Assembly (NCBI GenBank): GCA_031378565.1
Contig: JANNEI010000056.1
Coordinates: 1 to 42,968 of the forward strand
Length of the DNA stretch: 42,968 nucleotides
Source: Burkholderiales bacterium
Lineage (GTDB): Bacteria > Pseudomonadota > Gammaproteobacteria > Burkholderiales > Burkholderiaceae_C
Reading direction: 5' to 3'
Below the pieces are notes generated by a model that was not told the DNA's origin, did no database searches, and worked only from the letters and a program-made list of their open reading frames with translations. Of the stretch, positions 10,025 to 18,334 are shown one piece after another. The position numbers and the translations under genes are program-made. Numbering within the stretch: position 1 is the stretch's first letter; each line of letters opens with the position of its first letter.

Positions 10025-10915
10025 TCAGCACGCGGGCCGAGGCGTGGCGTGGTTCAGGAAGATGTGGTCCATGCGGCCCCACCGGAAGTCGCGCAGCAGG
10101 CAGCTCAGGCGACGCTCCATTCGCCCGATGTTCACGTAGTGGCGGAATCGGGTCTTGCTGTCGATGCCCGCTATGCGCGGCTGGCCGACGTCGATCTCCC
10201 ACGGATGGAAATAGAAGATCGCCGACTGCTGCTCACGCACATTGACCCGCTGCAGCATCCAGCGCGACACCGAATACGGCAGCAACCTGAAGTAGCCGCC
10301 GCCGCTGGAGGGCAAATTGCGATTGAACATGCGCAGCGTCGTGATCGGGACTTCGAGCAGGGCTTCATTGACCCGGTGCGCGAAACGCGGCGCATCCGGC
10401 ATGCCGTAGTGATCGTGACGAATCGGGTAGATGCTGGAGCTGTAGCGGTAGCCGGCACGCGCGAGGCAATCGAAGGCCCAGAGGTTGGATGGACCGATCG
10501 AAAAGCTCGGTGCGCGGTAGCCGGTGACCTGAGTGCCGCACAGGTCTTCGAGAATCTTCTTCGCGCTTTCCACATCTTCGGCAAAGGCGACTTCGTTAAG
10601 GTCGGTGGCGCGCTGGTGGCCATAGCCGTGGCTGGCCACTTCGTGCCCTTGCGCGGCAATGCGGCGGATCAATTGCGGGTAGCGTTCTGCAATCCAGCCG
10701 AGGGTGAAAAATGTCGCGTGGGCACCATGCTCGTCGAGCATCGACAGAATGCGATCGACGTTGCGCTCGACCCGACACTCGCGCTGGTCCCACTCGGTTC
10801 GCGCGATGTAAGGGGCGAACGCCGACACCTGGAAGTAGTCCTCGACGTCGATCGTGAGCGCATTGGTGATCGACTGCGCCGGAGCTGTCGCGGCCATGCT
10901 CATGGTCGCTGCCAA
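10025..10915 (-). CDS. Polysaccharide deacetylase (CE4), PEP-CTERM locus subfamily
   Basis: LTIDVEDYFQVSAF, FFTLGWIAERYP, EVASHGYGH motifs. Confidence 0.9.
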   Translation of the reverse strand: MAATMSMAATAPAQSITNALTIDVEDYFQVSAFAPYIARTEWDQRECRVERNVDRILSMLDEHGAHATFFTLGWIAERYPQLIRRIAAQGHEVASHGYGHQRATDLNEVAFAEDVESAKKILEDLCGTQVTGYRAPSFSIGPSNLWAFDCLARAGYRYSSSIYPIRHDHYGMPDAPRFAHRVNEALLEVPITTLRMFNRNLPSSGGGYFRLLPYSVSRWMLQRVNVREQQSAIFYFHPWEIDVGQPRIAGIDSKTRFRHYVNIGRMERRLSCLLRDFRWGRMDHIFLNHATPRPAC

Positions 10916-10919
10916 GCGC

Positions 10920-12017
10920 TCATGGGCTGCTTTCGTCCGACGTTTTCTTGACCGCGCTGACCAGCTTCTGCAGCAAGCCGAGGGTCTGCACGTTCAGGCG
11001 CTCCAGCCGGAGAATGCTGCGCTCCAGGCGCTGCAGCTGATCGAGACGCTGCTCAGCCACCAGCGTGTCAAGTTGGCGCGACATCCCCTGGGCCGAGTCT
11101 GGTTCCAGCTTGATCTTGGACAGGTCGACGTCGAGCATCACCTCGGCTCGGAAAAGATTGGTATCCGTGCCGACGCCACCGAGGACGGGTCGCTTGACCG
11201 GCGTCGCGGACTCCTCGGCAAACTCACGCACCACCTCGTTGACGTCGGCACCGTTCAGGTGGGTCTTCTCGGCAAGAAAGCCCAACAGCAGCAATCGATC
11301 ACAAATCGAATTGATGCGGCGTGGAATGCCACGCGTCGCGGCGTATACCGCATCGAAAACGGCCGGGTCGAAGCTCGGCGAGCCCTTGGCACCAGCACAC
11401 TTGAGGCGGTGCTCGATGTAGCGCTGGGTTTCGTCGGCATCCAGCGGGCCGATGTGGCAGGTGGCCGCCACGCGCTGCCTGAACTGCTCCATTTCCGGGC
11501 GCTGAAGAATCTGGCGAAACTCCGGCTGGCCGACCAGAAAACTCTGCAGCAGCGCCCGCGTTCCGAACTGGAAATTGGACAGCATCCGCAATTCTTCAAC
11601 TGCGTGGGGCGTCAGGTTCTGCGCCTCGTCGACGATCAGCAAGCAACGCTTTCCCTCGCTGGTCTGGCTCAGAAGAAAGGCTTCGAGCGCGATCAGCAGC
11701 TCCGACTTCGGAACGTCCTTGACATGGATGCCGAACGCGGCACCGACCATCCGCAGCGTGTCTTCGGCACCGAGCTGGGTGGTGACCAGATGGCCGATCA
11801 CGATGTCACTGCCATGCAGGCCGTCGATCAGCGTGCGCAGGATGGTCGTCTTGCCGGCACCGATCTCGCCGGTGATGACGACGAAACCCTCATGGCGCGA
11901 GACACCATATTCGAGATAGGCCTTGGCGCGACTGTGCTGTTTGCTCCCGAAGTAAAAACTGGGGTCCGGATTGAGCTGGAAAGGCTTGCTCGTCAACCCG
12001 TAGAAGGCTTCGTACAT
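10920..12017 (-). CDS. XrtA/PEP-CTERM system-associated ExeA-like AAA ATPase
   Basis: MYEAFYGLTSKPFQLNPDPSFYF, Walker A GEIGAGKTT, Walker B LLIVDEAQNL. Confidence 0.9.
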   Translation of the reverse strand: MYEAFYGLTSKPFQLNPDPSFYFGSKQHSRAKAYLEYGVSRHEGFVVITGEIGAGKTTILRTLIDGLHGSDIVIGHLVTTQLGAEDTLRMVGAAFGIHVKDVPKSELLIALEAFLLSQTSEGKRCLLIVDEAQNLTPHAVEELRMLSNFQFGTRALLQSFLVGQPEFRQILQRPEMEQFRQRVAATCHIGPLDADETQRYIEHRLKCAGAKGSPSFDPAVFDAVYAATRGIPRRINSICDRLLLLGFLAEKTHLNGADVNEVVREFAEESATPVKRPVLGGVGTDTNLFRAEVMLDVDLSKIKLEPDSAQGMSRQLDTLVAEQRLDQLQRLERSILRLERLNVQTLGLLQKLVSAVKKTSDESSP

Positions 12018-12019
12018 GA

Positions 12020-13531
12020 TCAGAACCGCAGTCTCAAGTTGGCGATCATCGCGCTTTCGGTGTAGGGATTCGTGGCACTGTCGAACGCGCTTCGACGCAC
12101 TGACAATGACAGATCGGCACGTTCACGCAGGCGGCTCGACCAGGTGGCCGTCAACGATCGCAGGTCGGTACTCTGGTCACCCACGCTGGCTCTTGTCTTG
12201 GTTTGCGTGAGCGCCAGACTGATCGCTGACAGCGGCGTCAGACGGTGCGAGACATTCATGCTCAGGCCGACCTGGCGAAGCAGGTTTCCGCTCGCCAGAT
12301 CATCGGCGACGATCGCCAAGGGATCGAGCCGCCGCGCGTCATTGCGGTACGCAGAAAAAATCACGGTGCTGCGCACGCCGAGCAACGCGAATGAAGCTTC
12401 CTGGCGACGCTGAACCGTCGGGGCGGCGGTCAGGAACCCGCCGCTCGCCAGCGTCGTCCGGGTCAGGCCACTCCTGAGCAGGAAGGTGTCGACCACGGCC
12501 TCTCGCTGAATCGGGTCCGGGACGAGCGAGGCGAACTGCGCGAACAGCAGGTCGAACACGGTACGCGATGCGTTGGCTCCGCCAGTTGCGGAGTCCGTGG
12601 AGACATCCCGCGTGTCGCTGACGGTCCAGATTGACCGCGGCATCCGATGCTCGAAGCGAAGGCTGTGCGAACTGCCAAAGAAGCGATGCTCACGGGTCGC
12701 CTCCAGCCGGGTTCGCTCGGTCGGGATCCAGGTCACACCCAGGCCCCAGGTGTTGTAAGCGGTCTTGGTCAGCGTGATCAGATCGTTGAACTCACGGCCG
12801 GCGCGCACAGAAAGCCTCAACTCGGGCGTTGCGGCGAATGTCATTGCACCTGTCAGGCGATCGGTTTCGTGAATGCCACCGGCGCTGAAGTCGACGGTCT
12901 GGTGCGACAGGTCCGCCGACACACCGATGCGCGAGAACGAGGTGTCCGACCCAATTCGCAGCAAAGCCTCGGTGGCAGTGGAATCGGCGTTGGAGGCATT
13001 GCTGTTCGTCGCGGCCCAGCTCAATCGCGCTTCGTATTCGGCCAAGCCGCCCAGCCTGCCCCGCACATAGGGCGAAAGTCGAATCGATGCCACCTCGGTT
13101 CGGTTGGAGTCGATCAGGGCTGGGTCGGTCGAACGAGAGCCCAGCGCCGATATGCTCTGCTGTGAAATGCTGGCGCTGGCGTCGACGTAGCCCCACTTGT
13201 CGATCGCCTCGGCGGAGCCAGCGGCGCTCAGCGACTGCTGGACGGTATTGGACGAGGACTCTCGCGCGTACACCAGGCTGCGCAACGAGTAGTCGAGAAA
13301 TCCCCTGACACCGCCTGCGTTGCTGCTGATTCGCAGCTCGGGACTCAATTCGGTGATGAGATCGCTGCGACGGTCCGCGCTGACCAAATGCGAGTTGTTG
13401 GTCAACGTCTGCCGTATGTCGATATCCGGAACCACGACCAGGGAGGGCCGCGTCGTCACCTCCTGGGCGCTGGCGGCAAGCGCCACCAAGCTGAACGCGC
13501 CCACCATCGGCGGCAGGATTCTGCGGCTCAC
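12020..13531 (-). CDS. PEP-CTERM system-associated putative outer-membrane beta-barrel protein (start uncertain)
   Basis: Ser/Thr/Ala-rich with alternating pattern, and a C-terminal ...NLRLRF typical of OM barrels. A GTG at 13531 would give M-SRRILPPMVGAFSLVALAASA/QE, a good signal peptide. Alternative starts are ATG 13507, 13603 and 13645. No clear SD precedes any of them. Confidence 0.65.
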   Translation of the reverse strand: MSRRILPPMVGAFSLVALAASAQEVTTRPSLVVVPDIDIRQTLTNNSHLVSADRRSDLITELSPELRISSNAGGVRGFLDYSLRSLVYARESSSNTVQQSLSAAGSAEAIDKWGYVDASASISQQSISALGSRSTDPALIDSNRTEVASIRLSPYVRGRLGGLAEYEARLSWAATNSNASNADSTATEALLRIGSDTSFSRIGVSADLSHQTVDFSAGGIHETDRLTGAMTFAATPELRLSVRAGREFNDLITLTKTAYNTWGLGVTWIPTERTRLEATREHRFFGSSHSLRFEHRMPRSIWTVSDTRDVSTDSATGGANASRTVFDLLFAQFASLVPDPIQREAVVDTFLLRSGLTRTTLASGGFLTAAPTVQRRQEASFALLGVRSTVIFSAYRNDARRLDPLAIVADDLASGNLLRQVGLSMNVSHRLTPLSAISLALTQTKTRASVGDQSTDLRSLTATWSSRLRERADLSLSVRRSAFDSATNPYTESAMIANLRLRF

Positions 13532-13583
13532 ACGGCCCTGCAGAGATGGGTGGTTGGGCGGCGGCGGGCTGCGATGCAGACAA

Positions 13584-14534
13584 TCAGCTTGTCTGCTTTT
13601 CATTGGGCATCCCGTAGCCATATCCATAGCCGTAACCGTAACCACGGCCGTAGCTGCCCGCGGAGTCGCCGCGGGCCTTGTTCAGCACGAGCATGACGCG
13701 GGAACAGGCTTTGATTGTCGACAGCGCATGCTGGACATCAGCCTGCAGCGTCTTGTCGGCCTGTACCACCATCACGACCTGACCCATTTGCGTGGCCAGC
13801 ACTCGCGCCTCGGTCGTCAGGAGCAGAGGCGGGGAGTCGAAGATGACGATGCGATCGGAATAGCGGTTGGCCATGTCGTCGAGCAGCACCCGCATCGCGT
13901 CGCTTGCCAGAAGTTCGGTCGCCTGCGGATGCGGCGTCCCGCTGGGGAGGATTGTCAGCTTGTCGATGTTGGTCTTCAGCAGAACGCTGTACATGTCGGC
14001 ATTGCCTTCGAGAAGGTCCAGCAGCCCAGGCCCGGCGGGTAGCCCCAGGATGCGCGGAACCGACGGCCGAGCGACATCCGCATCGACCAGCATGACCGTG
14101 TTGTCCAGTTCCATCGCGATGCTCATCGCAAGGTTGATCGAGGTGAAACTCTTGCCTTCCCCTGCCAGAGCGCTGGTCACCATGATCAGGTTGCCGTGAT
14201 TGAGGATGGTCGCACCCATGCCTTTCGCATTGGTGATCAACGGCCGCTTGATCACACGGTACTGGTCGGCAGCCTGTGAACGCTGCGCGCTGGGGGTGAC
14301 GATGCCGGCAGCACCGAGGGCGTCCAGGTCCAACATCACTTGCCGAGACGTCTGAGCAGGCGTCTCAAGCCGCTGGACGGGCAGGCTGCCCATTTGTGCT
14401 TCTAGCGAAACGCGCGCTGGCGGTGCCGCGACGGGTGGTACCGCACGCCTGGCCATCTCGGGAACGGGAACCGGAACGCCGGTTCGGCGAAGTTGCTCCA
14501 ACCGAAGTGCTGCTTGCTCGATCAGGCTGCTCAT
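13584..14534 (-). CDS. Chain-length-determinant BY-type tyrosine kinase (EpsG-like)
   Basis: Walker A SALAGEGKSF, A' VMLVDAD, B IVIFDSPP. C-terminal SYGRGYGYGYGYGYG tyrosine cluster. ATG at 14534. A TTG at 14543 would overlap the upstream stop. Confidence 0.85.
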   Translation of the reverse strand: MSSLIEQAALRLEQLRRTGVPVPVPEMARRAVPPVAAPPARVSLEAQMGSLPVQRLETPAQTSRQVMLDLDALGAAGIVTPSAQRSQAADQYRVIKRPLITNAKGMGATILNHGNLIMVTSALAGEGKSFTSINLAMSIAMELDNTVMLVDADVARPSVPRILGLPAGPGLLDLLEGNADMYSVLLKTNIDKLTILPSGTPHPQATELLASDAMRVLLDDMANRYSDRIVIFDSPPLLLTTEARVLATQMGQVVMVVQADKTLQADVQHALSTIKACSRVMLVLNKARGDSAGSYGRGYGYGYGYGYGMPNEKQTS

Positions 14535-14539
14535 CTTGC

Positions 14540-16156
14540 TCAACCCTGCCTGGCCGCGATCACGGTCATGGTTATCAATCCCACCGCAAAGATGCCGAGC
14601 AAGCTGCCCGAAGAGAACAGGAATCGCAACAAGTCAACTTTCTCGCGCCGAAGGTCTGCAGCACTCGTGACTTGCGACACCATGCCCAGCAGGGGAAGCT
14701 CGATCTTTGCGCGCAACTCGCTGACGCTGTGAAACACCGGGCGAAGTTGACTCGCCGCGAACGCTGTGAACAGGCCGGCTGCTATTGCCAGGATCATCGC
14801 CATCCCCATCAGGATGAGACGGTTCGGCGAAACAGGTTTAGGCGACACGCGCGGTGGATCGATCAGCCGGAAATCAGCCACGCCTGCAGCCAAATCGAGC
14901 TCTCCCGACATCGCGGCCGACTCACGGCGCGCGACGAGGTCTTCGTAGTTCTTCTTGTTGATCGCGTAGTCGCGATTGAGCTGCGAGGCTTCAGCTTCGA
15001 GCTCTGGTGCGCTTTTGATCGTCTCGCGAGCTTGACTGTAGCGCGATGAATATTCCGAAACCCGGGCCTTCAGCGCTGCCACCTGCACCTCCGAAGTCGC
15101 CAACATCCGATTCAGTTCCTGGTAGGCCAAGTTGCCGTTCACCGCGGGCGACGGCGAGGCAACCGCTACTCGACGGAGTTCCTGGACCTCCTTCTTCCGC
15201 TGTTCTTCCAGGTCTTGAATCAATCGGCGTGTGGCCACGATGTCGGGATGCTGCTCGGTGAACCGTTGCAGCAAGGCATCCAGGTTTCGCTTTTGCACAT
15301 CGATGCGCGAGTCGATCTCGGGAGTTGCGATGACAGCCGCAGCCGCCGAGAGATCGGGCAGAAGATTCGGTGTCGACGCAGTCGCGCCGGGTGCCTTCTC
15401 GTTGTTCAACTGCAATCGAGCAGCGTCTCGAGCCTGTTCGGCTTCGCGCAAAGCCAGCTTGGCCTGGTTCAGCTGATCGCTGATTTCACCCAGTCGTGAC
15501 GCCGAGTCCTTGCCCTCGCCTGTCTGCATCTGCAGGTTGCGCATACGAAACTCTTTCAAGCGGACCTCGGCCTCTTCGAGCTTGGCTTGGTAACTTTTGA
15601 TCTGCTCGTTGATGAAAACCTTCGCCGTATCGGTGTCTTTGCGGGTCGCACCGAGGCTAGATTCGACAAAAATCGACACCAGCGACTGGATCACCCTCTG
15701 CGCCTTGGCAGCCTCGGAATCGCGAAATGAAAGTACGTAAAGGTTGTCGCGGCCCACGGTCTTGATTTCCAACGCCGTCATCAGCCGACCGACCAAGGCC
15801 TCTTGCTGAGCCTTCGACTCGCTCTTCAAGTCCAGATCCGCCATGCGCACCAGTTTCTCGACATTGGGCCGGCTGATCAGCGTGCGGCTCAGCATCACTA
15901 CCTGCTGTTCAACGTTGGGCTGGACCGCGAGACCGGCCATCAGAGGCTTCAAAATGGATTGCGTATCGACGTAGATGCGTGCAGTCGCCTCGTACTGATC
16001 GGGGATCAGAAACACGGTGATCGCACCCATGACTGCCACCAGCCACGCCACCAACACGGATGGCCAGCGGAACCGCCACATGCTTCGTGTGACGGTGGAC
16101 AGTTGAGCAAACAGTTCTTTCATCGAATCGGGGCGGGTGTCAAGGGTGTCGGCCAC
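14540..16156 (-). CDS. Polysaccharide chain-length determinant (Wzz/PCP-type, EpsF-like, PEP-CTERM locus subfamily)
   Basis: 538 aa. N-terminal TM (WPSVLVAWLVAVMGAITVFLI), a long coiled-coil middle region and a C-terminal TM pair. Confidence 0.85.
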   Translation of the reverse strand: MADTLDTRPDSMKELFAQLSTVTRSMWRFRWPSVLVAWLVAVMGAITVFLIPDQYEATARIYVDTQSILKPLMAGLAVQPNVEQQVVMLSRTLISRPNVEKLVRMADLDLKSESKAQQEALVGRLMTALEIKTVGRDNLYVLSFRDSEAAKAQRVIQSLVSIFVESSLGATRKDTDTAKVFINEQIKSYQAKLEEAEVRLKEFRMRNLQMQTGEGKDSASRLGEISDQLNQAKLALREAEQARDAARLQLNNEKAPGATASTPNLLPDLSAAAAVIATPEIDSRIDVQKRNLDALLQRFTEQHPDIVATRRLIQDLEEQRKKEVQELRRVAVASPSPAVNGNLAYQELNRMLATSEVQVAALKARVSEYSSRYSQARETIKSAPELEAEASQLNRDYAINKKNYEDLVARRESAAMSGELDLAAGVADFRLIDPPRVSPKPVSPNRLILMGMAMILAIAAGLFTAFAASQLRPVFHSVSELRAKIELPLLGMVSQVTSAADLRREKVDLLRFLFSSGSLLGIFAVGLITMTVIAARQG

Positions 16157-16211
16157 CCTGCATCGTCAGAAGCCGTTAGACGGCGGCCGAGCTGTAAACG
16201 AACGGGATTGG

Positions 16212-16847
16212 TCAGAAAAAACTCTGCGGAATAATTAAAATATCGCCTGGCTTCATTTCGACATTTGCTGAAATATCTCCCCGCTTGATCAGATCCTTCA
16301 GTCGCACGGAGTACTGCTTGTCACCATCGCCGGCGCGCAGGATGGTGGCTTCATTGCCGGCCGCGAAGTCTGTCAAACCACCCACGGCAATCATGACGTC
16401 GAGCACTGTCATGCGCAGCTTGTAGGGAAGAACCTGTGGCCTCGCTGCCTCACCCACAACACGTATCTGTTGATCGTAGGGGCCGACAAAGCTGGTGACG
16501 ATGACCGTGACAACGGGGTCCCGAACATACTTGCCAAGCTGCTTCTCGATGTCGCGCGCGACTTCTACCGAGTTCTTGCCCTGCGCCGTGAGCTCATCGA
16601 TCAGAGGGGTCGAAATCTTCCCGTCTGGACGCACCGGGACCGACATGGACAGTTCCGGGTTTCGCCACACGATGATGTTGATGCTGTCACCGGGGCCGAT
16701 GATGTAGCTGTAGTCTTGTGTCGAGGCCGTCGCAGGTGCAGGTGGAAACTTGCCGGGATTGGTTCCACAAGCCGCCAAAAGGAAGATCCCGACTAAGCCA
16801 AGGACCCCTCGAATCGCACGCTTGCGCTGCACGGCGAATTGCTTCAT
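16212..16847 (-). CDS. Polysaccharide export lipoprotein (Wza/EpsE-like)
   Basis: Start MKQFAVQRKRAIRGVLGLVGIFLLAACG (lipobox) at 16847, preceded by GAGGGGGAACC. PGDSINIIVW Poly_export motif. C-terminal SLBB-like GDILIIP. Confidence 0.85.
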   Translation of the reverse strand: MKQFAVQRKRAIRGVLGLVGIFLLAACGTNPGKFPPAPATASTQDYSYIIGPGDSINIIVWRNPELSMSVPVRPDGKISTPLIDELTAQGKNSVEVARDIEKQLGKYVRDPVVTVIVTSFVGPYDQQIRVVGEAARPQVLPYKLRMTVLDVMIAVGGLTDFAAGNEATILRAGDGDKQYSVRLKDLIKRGDISANVEMKPGDILIIPQSFF

Positions 16848-17051
16848 GGTTCCCCCTCTACCGACGGACAAGTCTTGAAAGGCGTCAGCCAGACACGTAC
16901 GGTTTGAGGATGGCACTTCTATTCGACCACTGCGAGTCGCCATTCCTCACCCGAAATGGATCATGGCACATCGGGCCGTCCGCCGACAACGCTCAAGTGC
17001 GGGGGTGGGCCTCAACGGGACGATTCGAAGCCGCTGAACCGGTGCTGTAGC

Positions 17052-17066
17052 GCAAACACCGTACCT
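17052..17066 (-). promoter_or_regulatory. Candidate sigma-54 (-24/-12) promoter for the eps operon
   Basis: The minus strand reads AGGTACGGTGTTTGC. GG and GC have the canonical spacing of TGGCAC-N5-TTGC. It lies just downstream of the terminator and about 190 nt upstream of the epsE-like ATG. Confidence 0.35.
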
Positions 17067-17105
17067 TGGACCACGCAAAAGGCGACCTAAGGCCCGCACG
17101 ACGCG

Positions 17106-17143
17106 TAAACAGAAAAGCGCCCAGAACTTCCGATCTGGGCGCT
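17106..17143 (-). terminator. Rho-independent terminator after the PEP-CTERM gene
   Basis: The minus-strand transcript reads AGCGCCCAGA-tcggaagt-TCTGGGCGCT followed by TTTCTGTTT. Perfect 10-bp stem. Confidence 0.6.
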
Positions 17144-17187
17144 TCCGTAGAGGGCGCGCACATCAGTGCGCGTCAAAGATAACTCGA

Positions 17188-18147
17188 TCAGCTTCGTGCA
17201 GTCTTTCGACGACGTGCGCTGAAGCCCAACCCAGCCAATGCCAAGCCCACCAACATCAAGCTGGAAGGCTCTGGAACGCGGGTGACGTCAACGTCGCCCG
17301 CGTGGCGCAGGCCAAGTGTGTAGGTTTCCGCACCGTCCAGAAGACCAGTCGTCGCCACGTGCGAACCTGAGCAATCGTAGACCGAGGTCTGGCCCGGAAG
17401 CTGCGCGTTGACGCTACGATTCAAATTGCAAGTATCCGTCGTTTCGACGCCACCAGTGATACCGCCACCCTGGCCGTTAGGAGACCAAGAAAAGACCGTG
17501 TTGCCGTTGCTGTCCTCGATACTGATGACCCATTGCTCAGAGGCGCGAGCCGTACCGAAACTGCCGAGATCAACGTTGGCAAACAGATGACTCAGCGAGT
17601 TAAGACTTATCGTCACGGCTTGGCCGGCTATCAAGGAGAACGAGAACGATGCGGTCAGGCCGAGATTGGATTGGATGGCACCGAAGCCGAGGATCGACGC
17701 GAGCTGCCCTTCGTTGACCACGTGCGCATCTGCGCCGGTGGCAAAGCCGGTTCCGAGCAACGGAGAGTTTTGCAGCAGGGTGTCGGCACGAGCCACATTC
17801 TTGGTCGCGGAGCCGGTTCGGTGGCTGTAGTCATCCTGGCCGAATGCGGCACAGTCGCCAGCACCAACACCACCCACGCCCACGCATTGCTGAGGAAGGT
17901 TCAGCGTTCCGAAAAAGCTCTGGTTGATCGCGTTCGAGGCGATGGTTCCATTCAGGTTGGCCGTCGCATTGCTGCTGTCATTGAAATTCAAGAAATCGAA
18001 CTGAGCGACGTTGAGCGTCGACCCGCCGACTCCGTTTAGGAACTTGAAGTCACTGACTTCCAGAACAGACTGACCCATCACACCTGCATGCGCTGAGCCC
18101 ACCGCACCAATCGCCGCTACCGCAATTGCCAAGAGTTTCGTTTTCAT
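17188..18147 (-). CDS. PEP-CTERM sorting-domain secreted protein (exosortase substrate)
   Basis: Signal peptide MKTKLLAIAVAAIGAVGSAHA. C-terminal VPEPSSLMLVGLALAGLGFSARRRK (PEP motif, TM, basic tail). GAGGAG lies 6 nt before the ATG at 18147. Confidence 0.9.
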   Translation of the reverse strand: MKTKLLAIAVAAIGAVGSAHAGVMGQSVLEVSDFKFLNGVGGSTLNVAQFDFLNFNDSSNATANLNGTIASNAINQSFFGTLNLPQQCVGVGGVGAGDCAAFGQDDYSHRTGSATKNVARADTLLQNSPLLGTGFATGADAHVVNEGQLASILGFGAIQSNLGLTASFSFSLIAGQAVTISLNSLSHLFANVDLGSFGTARASEQWVISIEDSNGNTVFSWSPNGQGGGITGGVETTDTCNLNRSVNAQLPGQTSVYDCSGSHVATTGLLDGAETYTLGLRHAGDVDVTRVPEPSSLMLVGLALAGLGFSARRRKTARS

Positions 18148-18213
18148 CGTCATCTCCTCAAATGGATGCCCGGATCGCAAATGCGCTTTCCGGTTGCTCT
18201 CGCCGACACTAGA

Positions 18214-18228
18214 GCAGGGAGCATGCCA
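18214..18228 (-). promoter_or_regulatory. Sigma-54 promoter upstream of the PEP-CTERM gene
   Basis: The minus strand reads TTGGCATGCTCCCTGCT versus the consensus TGGCAC-N5-TTGC. GG/GC spacing is exact. It resembles nifH-type TGGTATGTTCCCTGCA. About 55-nt leader to the ATG. Confidence 0.55.
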
Positions 18229-18334
18229 ATGAAAAAATTCATCGAAGAATCAACAACCTAGTCGTTCCGGTTGGCCGACAAGCGAGCCGAGGCCAATCAT
18301 TGTGTAAAAAATGTCGACAAGCGCCGGACGCTGT

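Noticed and set aside
16911-16925. Plus-strand TGGCAC motifs (16911-16916 and 16964-16969) resembling sigma-54 -24 elements.
   Set aside because: The -12 position reads TTCG or GCCG, so GC is not at the required spacing. No plus-strand gene lies downstream.
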